This document shows positions 1 through 9,743 of a stretch of DNA of 64,000 nucleotides, piece after piece. Position numbers and translations under genes: made by a program. The DNA comes from a virus (Duplodnaviria; Caudoviricetes): IMG/VR virus record IMGVR_UViG_3300035522_000179, positions 96,001 through 160,000 of that record; one strand, given 5' to 3'. How positions within the stretch are numbered: the first letter of the stretch is position 1; each line of letters opens with the position of its first letter. The notes under the pieces are model-generated. The model saw only the letters and a list, made by a program, of their open reading frames with translations. It had not been told where the DNA came from and did not search any database.

Positions 1-366
1 ACAAAAGATCCGGATAACATCGATAAGAAAATAAAGATTCCAATGATTCTAACTTGGCAGGAAGAAAAATCGGTTCTTCTAAAAGGAGAAGAAACTTATT
101 CCACCTTTTTCCAAAAGTGCATCTTCAATCCCTACATGTTTGATTTAAAGATTCAAAAATCTCTTTATCAATTAGGATTCTTTTCCATCTATCAATGGTT
201 GTATTCTAATATGTATATTTACGAACCCTTAAATCAGGATTTGTATTCTGGAGTATTTTCGGAAAAGTTATCCAGAGGATATGAAGATGATAGTTATAAC
301 GAATTACAAATCGAGTTGGATTCCTTTGGGTTATTCAACCTTTTGTATGGAGGGACGATAAAATAA
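1..366 (+). CDS. hypothetical protein, 5'-truncated by window edge
   Basis: Frame is open from base 1 (TKDPDNIDKKIKIPMILTWQ...) to TAA at 366 and is followed by a terminator. Confidence 0.7.
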   Translation, partial: TKDPDNIDKKIKIPMILTWQEEKSVLLKGEETYSTFFQKCIFNPYMFDLKIQKSLYQLGFFSIYQWLYSNMYIYEPLNQDLYSGVFSEKLSRGYEDDSYNELQIELDSFGLFNLLYGGTIK

Positions 367-407
367 AGGAAGAGATACATAACTATCTCTTCCTTTATTT
401 TTTTTTT
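361..407. terminator. bidirectional intrinsic terminator
   Basis: AAATAAAGGAAGAGATA-cataac-TATCTCTTCCTTTATTT plus T tract between converging genes. Confidence 0.8.
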
Positions 408-1674
408 AGTCGAAATTGACAACCAGACTAAATGTAAGTTGATCATCTACATCGATGGTTAAAAGTTCTCGTTCTCTCATTTCTTTTTCTTCCAAACTAA
501 GACCAAAGACTTTATCCGGATCGGTATCCGATAAGAACAACAAATATTTATGTCCTTCATATTCAATGATCGTAAGCATATCACATTCGTTCTCAGATCG
601 TTTCAAATTCACAATCATCATTTTACAGTTTAATTCTGCTTTCATATACATTTTAAACTGCTCAGGAACAGAGAAAGATATCTTTACATCGTCTCCTTTG
701 TGAAGATAAGACTTAATCGTATCAATATTCAAATGAAGCAATTCTTCTTCCAGTAGTTTCTTATCCATCTCTGGATTATAAGAATCTGGAGTAAGCGGAT
801 CACCGAATACTTCAATAGAACGATTTCCATATCCAATGGTATCTTCACTTTCTTTTATCATCACTTGGTTGATCGCGTCTAAGTCATCTACAACGTTGAT
901 CAAAGCATCTCTTCCATGCTCTTTGAGCATATTGAGTTTTGCTTTCAACATATTGGAGTACAACTCAAACTCTCTAAAGTAAGATTGATCGCCAAGATTC
1001 GCGTTGTTGCATAAAAACTTAAATACGAAGACATCGTTTTTATCAATGGTTTCAATTGGAATCACATTCCAATCAATCTTGTAACTATCGTAGAAAGAAT
1101 ACAGTGTTCCTGCAAGAGCATCCGTATTATACTTTCCAAGTAAGTTCGCTGCATACTCCAACTTACAAATGGTTTCATATAATCCTTCTTCAATTGTCGT
1201 ATCAATATCACAACTTACTTTCGTATAATGAATACAAGCGGAAACATACGTCTTGTAAATATTAATGAATAAATCTGCTAATCGGTTGAATAATTCTTTT
1301 CTCTGAATCTTTGTAAGTTCATCGACATATCTTCCTAAGAACTTTCCAAGTTCCGTATAAACAGCAATCATACTAGAAGTATCGGACGTTGCTGTAAGAA
1401 CTTTTAAGAAGTTACAAAAGCTATTACGCAATTCCTCGTTTAAATAACCAAAGGGAACGGATTGAAAGGTATGGATCCATTCCTTCTTATAAATATCATC
1501 AATCGTCATAATCGACGGAGACATAACTCCATTTTTAGAATAATGAAGTCTGGAGGGATCCACATAATCCCGGATGTTCATTAAGATCTGTGACTTTATT
1601 TTTGATGGATAAAACTCATAGTATTTTCCAATCTTTAATTTATTCTCATTCTGAAAATAATTCATAGCATTCAT
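406..1674 (-). CDS. hypothetical protein (422 aa)
   Basis: Long ORF directly downstream of 1681..2502; no recognised motif. Confidence 0.8.
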   Translation of the reverse strand: MNAMNYFQNENKLKIGKYYEFYPSKIKSQILMNIRDYVDPSRLHYSKNGVMSPSIMTIDDIYKKEWIHTFQSVPFGYLNEELRNSFCNFLKVLTATSDTSSMIAVYTELGKFLGRYVDELTKIQRKELFNRLADLFINIYKTYVSACIHYTKVSCDIDTTIEEGLYETICKLEYAANLLGKYNTDALAGTLYSFYDSYKIDWNVIPIETIDKNDVFVFKFLCNNANLGDQSYFREFELYSNMLKAKLNMLKEHGRDALINVVDDLDAINQVMIKESEDTIGYGNRSIEVFGDPLTPDSYNPEMDKKLLEEELLHLNIDTIKSYLHKGDDVKISFSVPEQFKMYMKAELNCKMMIVNLKRSENECDMLTIIEYEGHKYLLFLSDTDPDKVFGLSLEEKEMRERELLTIDVDDQLTFSLVVNFD

Positions 1675-1680
1675 CCCTTT

Positions 1681-2502
1681 CTAAGGCATAAATATTTTTT
1701 CGGTTTCCCCGTTTTGAAATTTCTCTTTTGCCACGTTTAAGTAGTTTAAGAATTTCAAATGATTCATATTCTCAATCTTGATATAATTAAATGTATTTTT
1801 ATTGGATCGCATTACGTCGTCTTTTAATTTCTCTTTTACTTTATCCACTGCTTGAATTTTCTCATGCATGTTTGGATTGTCTCCACCGTCTTTGATCTCC
1901 ACCTCTAAATTTAAAGAAGGGATAAAAAAGTCGGGAATATAAAAATGGGTTTCTCCTTCATACTGATAATAGTATGTATGAGGACTTGGAGCAATGATAT
2001 CGGTTGCATCGAAGTTTAAATCCAGATCCAAAAACTCCAAGAATTTCTTTTCATAACTTCCTGTGTATGGAATCTCTACATGGAAATCTTTTGACCACCG
2101 ATATACTCCAGAGATTTTTCTATTTGCAAGCATTTTCTTTTGCTGTTCAGGATCATTCAAAAGAGAAACTTTTCCGTACTTTCCGATCATTCTCTTTTTA
2201 AAGATCTCTCGGTAAATCTCTTTGCATTTCGGGTTATCACAAAAGCGATTGTATTTATGAGTAGAGGTGTTCCACCTTGTTTTCTTCTTACAGATAATGC
2301 AACTGCCGTTCATCTTACCTGTTTTTAGATAGTAGTAATACTGCCACCCGTCCATATCTTCTGGGATCATATCTCCATGCACCTCTTCTAAGTGAAGAAC
2401 ATAAGCATCTACATCTATAAAAAAGGTATCGCAATATTTGCAGCGTGTTTTCGATCTCATTTTTTGCATTTCCCTTATTACCTGCCTTCCTGCAAATTTC
2501 AT
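1681..2502 (-). CDS. zinc-finger protein with C-terminal PD-(D/E)XK TnsA-like nuclease domain (true start possibly 2469 or 2460)
   Basis: CKYC..HLEEVH C2H2 finger; CIIC..CDNPKC; SYEKKF..YIPDFFIPSLNLEVEIK nuclease signature. Confidence 0.65.
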   Translation of the reverse strand: MKFAGRQVIREMQKMRSKTRCKYCDTFFIDVDAYVLHLEEVHGDMIPEDMDGWQYYYYLKTGKMNGSCIICKKKTRWNTSTHKYNRFCDNPKCKEIYREIFKKRMIGKYGKVSLLNDPEQQKKMLANRKISGVYRWSKDFHVEIPYTGSYEKKFLEFLDLDLNFDATDIIAPSPHTYYYQYEGETHFYIPDFFIPSLNLEVEIKDGGDNPNMHEKIQAVDKVKEKLKDDVMRSNKNTFNYIKIENMNHLKFLNYLNVAKEKFQNGETEKIFMP

Positions 2503-2572
2503 TAAGGTATTGTCAAATGTATTTAAATAACGATTTCTTATATTAATTTATAATCAAAAATACACTTTTGTA
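2503..2572. promoter_or_regulatory. divergent pair of late-type promoter variants: GACA-N6-TA (-, 2503-2514) and TACA-N6-TA (+, 2561-2572)
   Basis: One-mismatch versions of the AACA-N6-TA motif that recurs upstream of late genes. Confidence 0.5.
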
Positions 2573-2596
2573 AGGAAAGGCGGGTGAAATAAGCAT

Positions 2597-3016
2597 ATGT
2601 CAGTAGATCCTGCATTTGGCGTTGGTGAATTTGGTACACCAAAGTTGTATTCTGAATCAGAAACCCTTGCGAATAATATTATAGCTAGTTTGTTTGCTGT
2701 ACCTGGGTCTTACCCAACAATGCCTAACTTTGGGATGGCAATACAAGATTATTGCATGGGAATGATGGATGACATTGATATTGATGACCTAAAATCAAGA
2801 CTTATTGATTGCTGTTCCGACTTTAGTCAAGTCGTAAATGACGGACAATTCGACGTAATCAAAACAACAAAAAAAGATAGTAATGGGGACGACGTCCCTT
2901 TATTATTGCTTGTAATACCAACACAGTATCAGTCCAAAAGCAAAAGCTTAATTATTGGAATTACAAAAGATACAAAAAATATCGCTTATAATTTTAAGTG
3001 GATTGACGAAGATTAA
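2597..3016 (+). CDS. baseplate wedge protein, T4 gp25-like
   Basis: LANNIIASLFAVPGSYPTMPNFG matches the gp25 pattern L..L.T..GER...P.FG; size 139 aa fits. Confidence 0.65.
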   Translation: MSVDPAFGVGEFGTPKLYSESETLANNIIASLFAVPGSYPTMPNFGMAIQDYCMGMMDDIDIDDLKSRLIDCCSDFSQVVNDGQFDVIKTTKKDSNGDDVPLLLLVIPTQYQSKSKSLIIGITKDTKNIAYNFKWIDED

Positions 3017-3036
3017 AAAAGAAAGGAAATAAAACA

Positions 3037-4743
3037 ATGTCAGATATTCAAATAACACAGGATGAGAATTTGGATGTTGCTGCACTTTTCGAAAGTGCAA
3101 AATCAAGTACATCCACTCCCACTACCGAAGCCGTAGTAACACCTAGTGAGGTAAAGACTCCTCTTCAGAGAATGAGAGAGCAACAAAATCAGGGGGTAGT
3201 GATTCAGAATGTAAACGATGATGGTCCAAAGCTTGGTGGTCAGATGATGAAAGAAGACACCATCAGCGGCGTTCAGAAAACACTCGATGAAATGGATGAC
3301 CTTGCTGAGAAAGCAAGACAGGTAAAACTTGTTTCCAAACCGAAGAGTGATCTCGAGATGGCTCAGATGATTGATGCTCTTGACAACATGGATATTGATG
3401 AGCTTAAGAGTGCAAAGGCAATTGCCAACAACGAAACTGGTAATGATACGATTAAAGAAACAGATCTGATTGGTTCTGATATCAATTCTGGTACAGAGGT
3501 TCTCACTTCTGGTGAACTCCAGGGAAATAAGTTTTTCGTTCCTAGAACGGATGATGAGACCACGGTTACTAAAGAAGCTGCAGAAACTCCCACAGAGGAG
3601 AAACCGGAAGTTACTGAAACAACTGTCACCATTGAGAAAGCAGAAAATCCGGAGGGAACCTCTATCATCGAATTTACCGATGAGGAAAGAGAGAAACTTC
3701 AGAAGTCTTCTAAGATCAATCTGGTTTCTATTAAGAAGATCAATATCAATACTGGAAAGGTGATGAAGCCGGTTCAGAACTTTATGGCAGAGTACACCAC
3801 TCAGATGTACAAAGCAATCGGTGGAAGTGTCAACATGACCTTCGTTGCATCCAGATTTCGTGGAACCGTTCGTGGTCTGACCTTTGGTGAGTACCTGGAT
3901 CTTTCCTTGTCAAATACCATGACTGATGTGGATCAGGTGACGAAAAAGCTTAGTGTGATCTATAAAGCACTGGTAAATACTTCTATTGGGGAGTTCAAAG
4001 ATTTTGATGATTTCCTTCAGAACTTTGCATTCATGGATCTTCCTTTGGGAACCTATGCAGTTTACATTGCTACCAATCCGGAAGTACTTGAGATGGGTCT
4101 TAAGTGTGGTGTAGAAGAGTGTAAGCAGAACTTCACTGTAAACTTCTCTGCAAGAAACCTTCTTGACTATGAGTCCCTTAGCGATTACTTCAAAGAGGCA
4201 ATGGAGCAGGCTGGTACCAAGAGTGGTCCGGAAGCAAAAGAATACCATGAGACTTCTTCTGTGGTAACCCGTCAGGTAATTGAACTTCCCGGAACTGAGG
4301 TTGCTTGTGAGATCGGTCTTCGTTCTTGCTACGAGATGATTCACAACGTCCTTCCGTTCATTAATGGAATTGAAACAACCATGGCAGATAAGTATCCGGA
4401 TGATACAAATAAGGTAAGAGAAATCATCTCTTATGTAACAAATTATGTTTCCGCAATTTATTTGAAGGATGAGAACGGCGAATATACCATTCGTGAGGAT
4501 GATCTGGAGAATATGGTAGACATGATTTACAATCTTCCGATTACGGCTTATGGTGTTATTGCAGCGATAATGAATCAGACCGATGCAGATTACAACGTAC
4601 AGTTTGGTATCAAGGAAGTTACTTGTCCGAACTGTGGAAACGTAACGAAGTTTGTAACGGTAAATATTGATGAAGAGGTTTTTCTGAGATTTCAGGAGCT
4701 CGGAACCTTGCAAATAAATCAAGAAACCTTACCTCGACTTTAG
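3037..4743 (+). CDS. baseplate hub / tail assembly chaperone, T4 gp26-like, with acidic N-terminal extension
   Basis: Two Cys pairs (LKCGVEECKQNF; VTCPNCGN followed by VNIDEEVF); adjacent to gp25-like gene. Confidence 0.55.
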   Translation: MSDIQITQDENLDVAALFESAKSSTSTPTTEAVVTPSEVKTPLQRMREQQNQGVVIQNVNDDGPKLGGQMMKEDTISGVQKTLDEMDDLAEKARQVKLVSKPKSDLEMAQMIDALDNMDIDELKSAKAIANNETGNDTIKETDLIGSDINSGTEVLTSGELQGNKFFVPRTDDETTVTKEAAETPTEEKPEVTETTVTIEKAENPEGTSIIEFTDEEREKLQKSSKINLVSIKKININTGKVMKPVQNFMAEYTTQMYKAIGGSVNMTFVASRFRGTVRGLTFGEYLDLSLSNTMTDVDQVTKKLSVIYKALVNTSIGEFKDFDDFLQNFAFMDLPLGTYAVYIATNPEVLEMGLKCGVEECKQNFTVNFSARNLLDYESLSDYFKEAMEQAGTKSGPEAKEYHETSSVVTRQVIELPGTEVACEIGLRSCYEMIHNVLPFINGIETTMADKYPDDTNKVREIISYVTNYVSAIYLKDENGEYTIREDDLENMVDMIYNLPITAYGVIAAIMNQTDADYNVQFGIKEVTCPNCGNVTKFVTVNIDEEVFLRFQELGTLQINQETLPRL

Positions 4744-4931
4744 AAATTTATTTGGAGATCTTCAAAGAAGAATTAACCTTTGATGATATCATGAATAAGG
4801 TTCCTTATAAAATGCTGATAGAGCTCCGGGATGCGAGAGCATCTCGCATGGAACGAGATAAAGAAAAAGCGGAAAAAGATGCTGCGAACATGAAATCAAA
4901 TAACATACAAAATTCCATATTGAGAATGTAA
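4674..4931 (+). CDS. -1 frame extension of 3037..4743 (putative programmed frameshift product, gp51/GT-like tail)
   Basis: -1 frame is open from just after TGA 4671-4673 to TAA 4929-4931; slippery G GTT TTT at 4677-4683; encodes IYLEIFKEELTFDDIMNKVPYKMLIELRDAR; no RBS-backed start of its own. Confidence 0.6.
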   Translation, partial: RGFSEISGARNLANKSRNLTSTLEIYLEIFKEELTFDDIMNKVPYKMLIELRDARASRMERDKEKAEKDAANMKSNNIQNSILRM

Positions 4932-4957
4932 AAAAATATGATGTTGAGGTGTGACCA

Positions 4958-5275
4958 ATGGAAAGAAAAATGACCACTTTTGCAAGAGAGATTAGTGGGT
5001 GTGATATTGATTTACTCTACACAATCATTTGCAAAAAGTATAAAAACTTCATCCAGTTTTATCGACTGGTTGAAGACATGGCAGAAAACATTGATTCCCT
5101 GAAATACGAATTTTCTTCTGACTCCTCTTTGTATGTTTCTATGACAATGAAGAAAGGAACAGATATCAAAGATACCGTATCTAAGCTGGAATCAAAGATT
5201 GATTCAACGGGACTTTATACCTATAACATCATGTCTGAAGGAAAGAAAGTAAAAATAGAAGTCAATAAAAAATAA
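4958..5275 (+). CDS. hypothetical protein (105 aa)
   Basis: GAGGTG RBS; ORF ends before a terminator. Confidence 0.75.
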   Translation: MERKMTTFAREISGCDIDLLYTIICKKYKNFIQFYRLVEDMAENIDSLKYEFSSDSSLYVSMTMKKGTDIKDTVSKLESKIDSTGLYTYNIMSEGKKVKIEVNKK

Positions 5276-5280
5276 CAAAA

Positions 5281-5320
5281 AAAGAACCAACTGAGAAGAA
5301 GTCTCAGTTGGTTCTTTTTT
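5281..5320. terminator. bidirectional intrinsic terminator
   Basis: AAAGAACCAACTGAGA-agaag-TCTCAGTTGGTTCTTT with A and T flanks. Confidence 0.85.
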
Positions 5321-5352
5321 AAGATAGGATGTTAGATATGAATTGATGTTTC

Positions 5353-6639
5353 TTATTCTTTCCAATATTTTGCAGTATCGAAATTGTGTGCTTTGGACAA
5401 CTCAACTCCAGAGAAGAATGCTCCTCCAGGAGTAAGATTCCCATCATAGAAACGAACTCCCATTTTCACTTCGTCATGTTGATGAATGTATTTAGCTAGA
5501 TCTGTAAACAGCTCCCACCCATTTGATTCTTCTTTGGTTAAATAGATAACTCTGGCATATACTACGTCATCCCCTCTAAGACCAGATGACTTCTCTCTGT
5601 AGAATAACAGTTCTGCCTTGTAAATGGTTCCATCAGAAAGATCTTTCATATTTGTTTTGTAAAGATATGTAGCATTATACTTCTCAATGATTCTGTCAAT
5701 CAAAGGAGCTTCTACATCTTGATCAAAACAGGAAATGACTTCTTGTCTTTCAAATCCACCATTCGGATTGTGGTGCATTGCAACTAAGTTTGTTTTCATT
5801 TCAGTGCAGACATGCACTAAAGAACAGAGAGGCATTTGCAAACCAGATAAGTAAACGATTAATTCTCTTTGCGGTTTTCCATCTTTGAAAGGAATGTTTT
5901 TCGTGATGAATTCACGGCAGATACGTTCCTGATCTTCAAAGTCATCGAATCCATGAATGTCAAAATAATCCGCCTCAAAGATATAATCTTTCACTGGCAT
6001 GTTATGCCTTTCTGCAATCAGACCAACCTTTACAGAAGATTGTAAATCGTTGGCGTCAACAGCTCCCTCAATGATTGGAACAACCTTCATCTGGAACTGC
6101 CCAGTTGGTTCAGGTTTCTTTTCTACGGATACCGGAGAAGGATTGCCAATTTTCCTTTCCTGGATCATAGAAATCTGAGACTTCTTCTTGGGTGCTACAA
6201 CTGGTTCGGGTTCAGGAACTTCCTCTACAACGGTTTCCTTCTTAACCCGTGGTTGTACCAAACCAAGATCCTTCTTGATTTTGTTTACCCGATAAGACGT
6301 TGTATTCATTGTTTTCACAATCTCTGCAACAGATCTCCCCTCTGATAGAAGGTCAATAATTACACTGACATCATCCTTCACTTCTTCTTCAACGATTGTA
6401 GGAATCTCTTCTTCAACCTCTTCTGCTACCTCAACCGGTTTCTTAGAAGCGAGTTCCTTACTCTCCTGAATCAAAGCTTGATGAATTAGTTCCTTGTTCT
6501 GGTTTGCAATCTTGATCACATTTCCAATCTTCATGTTGTTTAGATTTGCGATCTCCTTCTTGCTTAATGTACCAGCTTGCAATTGTGCTACGATGATGCT
6601 TGTCTGTTCTTTGGATAAACTCTTTGATGATTTTGCCAT
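5353..6639 (-). CDS. early protein with two N-terminal HTH-like segments and a central Rossmann-like domain
   Basis: LSKKEIANLNNMKIGNVIKI and RSVAEIVKTMNTTSYRVNKI helices; KVGLIAERHNMPVKDYIF..LIVYLSGL; early motif upstream. Confidence 0.7.
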   Translation of the reverse strand: MAKSSKSLSKEQTSIIVAQLQAGTLSKKEIANLNNMKIGNVIKIANQNKELIHQALIQESKELASKKPVEVAEEVEEEIPTIVEEEVKDDVSVIIDLLSEGRSVAEIVKTMNTTSYRVNKIKKDLGLVQPRVKKETVVEEVPEPEPVVAPKKKSQISMIQERKIGNPSPVSVEKKPEPTGQFQMKVVPIIEGAVDANDLQSSVKVGLIAERHNMPVKDYIFEADYFDIHGFDDFEDQERICREFITKNIPFKDGKPQRELIVYLSGLQMPLCSLVHVCTEMKTNLVAMHHNPNGGFERQEVISCFDQDVEAPLIDRIIEKYNATYLYKTNMKDLSDGTIYKAELLFYREKSSGLRGDDVVYARVIYLTKEESNGWELFTDLAKYIHQHDEVKMGVRFYDGNLTPGGAFFSGVELSKAHNFDTAKYWKE

Positions 6640-6684
6640 AATTAAATTCCTCCTTTTTTATAGATTTTATTCATTTGGCAAGAA

Positions 6685-6737
6685 AATAATATATCACTGA
6701 CAGAAGGAAGTATACGATATTTGATTTATATATTATT
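6685..6737. promoter_or_regulatory. divergent pair of early-type promoters TATATTATT (- at 6685-6693, + at 6729-6737)
   Basis: Exact motif about 35-45 nt upstream of both divergent genes. Confidence 0.65.
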
Positions 6738-6770
6738 CCTTTGAAATAAAGTAAAGAAAGGAGAAACATC

Positions 6771-6965
6771 ATGATACCTATTACAAAAATGAATTTGGAG
6801 AATCAACTTATGGATTTGAATTATAAGTGGAGAGAGGTATTAGCAAAAATCGACGATCCGAACATACCCGAAGAAGAAAGGAATCGGGCAAGAGAAGAGA
6901 GTAATAAAATCCGCCTGGAAATGCGTGAGACTCTTCATCATTTAAATGATTATGAAGTAAAATAA
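6771..6965 (+). CDS. small helical hypothetical protein (64 aa)
   Basis: AAAGGAG RBS, early motif upstream, terminator downstream. Confidence 0.75.
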   Translation: MIPITKMNLENQLMDLNYKWREVLAKIDDPNIPEEERNRAREESNKIRLEMRETLHHLNDYEVK

Positions 6966-7007
6966 TAAAAATAGGAGTTGTGAACTTAATCACAACTCCT
7001 ATTTTTT
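6966..7007. terminator. bidirectional intrinsic terminator
   Basis: AAAATAGGAGTTGTGA-acttaa-TCACAACTCCTATTTT. Confidence 0.85.
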
Positions 7008-8257
7008 TATTGCAGATTTTCCAACTGTTCTTTGTACTTCTTTATTTTTTCGTTTAACTCATCCACTTCATCCGATGTCTGAGCGTCTGATTCAAACCCT
7101 CTGGTGTTCTTCTTTTCAATGTTTGCAAGACTTTCCTCGAGTTTGTTAATTTTCTCTTCCAACATCTCTTCTTTTTCTGCTTCTGAGTAGAAATCATTTA
7201 TAGTCGGTCTTCGTTTTCTACTGTTCATCTCATCTCTATTCATTTTTATTATCCTCCATAGTTCTTTCTCTATGTCTTGACTGAGAAATCCGACATCTAG
7301 ATACATGCAAATTCTATAATAATCTTTGAACTTTGCATATTTACCAAAAACATTATATTTTGCTTGAAATGATTTTCGTTTTTTATAGTAATTATCTGTT
7401 GTTTTTTCAGTATACTCAATTTCACAAATTTTATGTTTTCCATCAAAATAAGTGGTTTTACTATTTTCTTGCTCTAAAAGTTCAAGGACAACTCCAGTTC
7501 CTTTCTTCACCTCATTTCCATACTTATCGAAATAGATCTTTTCTTTTTTCAGTGAAGAAAACTTTGGAGCTAAATCTCCGATGAACAACTCGTGATATTG
7601 CTTCATAGCTGATTTATAAATAAAAATCATTGAGACATCATCAGAATCAGCCGATTCATTATATTCGTCTTCGTCATTATATAAATCATCTTCATATTCC
7701 GCTGACTCTTTTCTCGGCTTCACACCAATTAATTTATTGATATCATTTTCAAGTTCTTTACTTATGAACCCACAGTCAGCTTTCATATTGTATAAATAAT
7801 ATTTTTCGAATTCTTGATATTTTGGAGATACTGTCCATATTGCGTATGCATCTTCTTTTTCATTTTGATTTTTTCCCACTTTATAGCGATACCATACCTC
7901 ACAAACTTTTTCATCTCCGTCATACCATTCTCTTTTCTTTCGAGTATCATTTTTTAAATATTTAAGTTTCATTCCCGTTAAACGCTTTTCACCTTTTCCG
8001 TCAGAGTTTATATATTTTTCTTCTCTTCGTAATGTTGAAAAGTTAGGATATTTCCCTTTCATATTGGTTTTCCAATATCCGCGTAACCACTTTTTATATT
8101 CATTTCCTATAGATTTTCCCATTCGGTCATGATATATTTGTTTTCCAGGAGTGGTGTCAGCAGCTAGAGCAGTACCAATTAGAATTCCCCCTGCAATAGC
8201 ACTAGCACTAGCTTCATTTATATAATCATCATCAAGAGATTCATAATCCTCGTACAT
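7007..8257 (-). CDS. putative virion protein with two tandem related domains
   Basis: FSTLRREEKYIN..YDGDEKVCEVWY versus FSSLKKEKIYFD..FDGKHKICEIEY; acidic linkers with xES/xEA; late promoter upstream. Confidence 0.7.
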   Translation of the reverse strand: MYEDYESLDDDYINEASASAIAGGILIGTALAADTTPGKQIYHDRMGKSIGNEYKKWLRGYWKTNMKGKYPNFSTLRREEKYINSDGKGEKRLTGMKLKYLKNDTRKKREWYDGDEKVCEVWYRYKVGKNQNEKEDAYAIWTVSPKYQEFEKYYLYNMKADCGFISKELENDINKLIGVKPRKESAEYEDDLYNDEDEYNESADSDDVSMIFIYKSAMKQYHELFIGDLAPKFSSLKKEKIYFDKYGNEVKKGTGVVLELLEQENSKTTYFDGKHKICEIEYTEKTTDNYYKKRKSFQAKYNVFGKYAKFKDYYRICMYLDVGFLSQDIEKELWRIIKMNRDEMNSRKRRPTINDFYSEAEKEEMLEEKINKLEESLANIEKKNTRGFESDAQTSDEVDELNEKIKKYKEQLENLQ

Positions 8258-8293
8258 TACTTATCTCACCTCTTTTTATAGGAGTTTCAAATT

Positions 8294-8340
8294 TAAAATA
8301 TTGTTTTCTTAGCGGAAACATGTGGGAAAACATTAATTTA
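8294..8340. promoter_or_regulatory. divergent pair of late-type promoters AACA-N6-TA (- at 8294-8305, + at 8329-8340)
   Basis: Exact motif on both strands, each upstream of a gene start. Confidence 0.65.
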
Positions 8341-8363
8341 AATTATCATTAAATAAAGGAGAG

Positions 8364-9722
8364 ATGAAAAAGATGTTCGTTGACGAAATCTTTTCCCTAA
8401 TGAGGAAAGGCAGAGAATTGACGAAAGACTTTGATGAAATCAGCAAAGCAAATACAAAAAGTCTTTCGAAGAGAGCAAGCGACTCTACGTGCCAATTTCC
8501 TTGTATTATTGCGGACTCTATTCCTTTGGCAATGGCAGCTGCAGTTACAAAGAATATGGACAGGGTCTATGCGTCCTTTGTACAAACGGTAATTGCGTCT
8601 GACCCGTTAATTGATATTACGATTGATCGGGGTCCGCTCGATTATATGAAACGCCTGCATCAGAATCTGAAGTTAGAGTCAGTGATTGATGAAGAGGCTC
8701 TTTATGAATCCAAAAGAAAACAAGAGGAAATAAAATCCTTTATGGAATCGGAGTGTTCCAATCTCATGGTTCCAGATGATTTGTATGGTTCCGTTATGGA
8801 GAAAGCATACAATGGAGAATATAAGTTGTATTTGGATAAGACAGGTTCTTATGGTGTTGCTATTAAAGAATCGGTTCTTTCTTCCGATGCAATGAAATCT
8901 CATCTAAAACAGTTGGAGTCTCATTTGAATTCCTTTGATACCAGACCCTTTGCAGTAACCGAAGCAGATACTACAAAGTCAGATCTGATTCGAGGGATGT
9001 TGGATCAACCAAACTTAAGTAAGATGGATATTGATATCAAAGCAAGCAAAGAGTTGTCTACTCCAAAGCTGTTAGATAGAGATATCAAAAGATACAATGA
9101 GTTACAGCCTTATGGAATTTCTGTAAGACTGATGGCTGTCAATGATAAAAAAGAATTCGTACAGTACATGGACTTCGTTGTTGGAATCAAAGCCATCATG
9201 CATCCTGTAAAGAGTGCAGAGTTGGTAAACAGCGTTGGTGATGTACTAAAGAATCGAAATGCCGTATTTAACTTCATTCGCTGGACCACTGGTGAGATCT
9301 CTTTGGTAAAAGATTTGATTCTTCATATTGATGAGTTGAAAACCGATGCCAGTTACAAAGCGAATGGAAAGAATCCTTTTATTCCCAGTTTGAAGAGATT
9401 AAAAGAAAAGAAAGTGAAATTCTCTAGTTCTGGAATTACAAAGTTGGTTCCCAATGCAACTTTGGTTCTTTCTTCTTTTGAAGTAGAAGACCTGAAGAAT
9501 CAGTTTGGTGTGGATGTAAGAGATACTTATTTTGCAAAGAAAGTAATTAAGGATTTATTCTTACTTGCTTTTGTCGTTGTAGATGAGGGATCCGAAACCA
9601 TCGACATCTTGTATGAGTCTTCCGATGCATTTGAAACTTATACTTTGGAGACTCTAGAGAGAGAAGTTTCTTTGTCTTCGAATAAACTTGGAAAAGAAAT
9701 TGGAAGAATGATTTCCCAGTAA
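8364..9722 (+). CDS. putative virion structural (head) protein, 452 aa
   Basis: First gene of a long late operon; several xES/xEA sites in the central region. Confidence 0.7.
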   Translation: MKKMFVDEIFSLMRKGRELTKDFDEISKANTKSLSKRASDSTCQFPCIIADSIPLAMAAAVTKNMDRVYASFVQTVIASDPLIDITIDRGPLDYMKRLHQNLKLESVIDEEALYESKRKQEEIKSFMESECSNLMVPDDLYGSVMEKAYNGEYKLYLDKTGSYGVAIKESVLSSDAMKSHLKQLESHLNSFDTRPFAVTEADTTKSDLIRGMLDQPNLSKMDIDIKASKELSTPKLLDRDIKRYNELQPYGISVRLMAVNDKKEFVQYMDFVVGIKAIMHPVKSAELVNSVGDVLKNRNAVFNFIRWTTGEISLVKDLILHIDELKTDASYKANGKNPFIPSLKRLKEKKVKFSSSGITKLVPNATLVLSSFEVEDLKNQFGVDVRDTYFAKKVIKDLFLLAFVVVDEGSETIDILYESSDAFETYTLETLEREVSLSSNKLGKEIGRMISQ

Positions 9723-9743
9723 ACACAGAAAGGATTTAGAAAA

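Noticed and set aside
1681-2502. TnsA-like nuclease as a transposon or intron-homing enzyme
   Set aside because: No terminal repeats or partner Tns genes; it lies in a structural-gene neighbourhood behind a late-type promoter.
3910-4722. Long antisense ORFs (for example 3910-4722, 20373-20936, 44363-45070, 52699-53241)
   Set aside because: Shadows of well-supported genes on the opposite strand, with no RBS or motifs.
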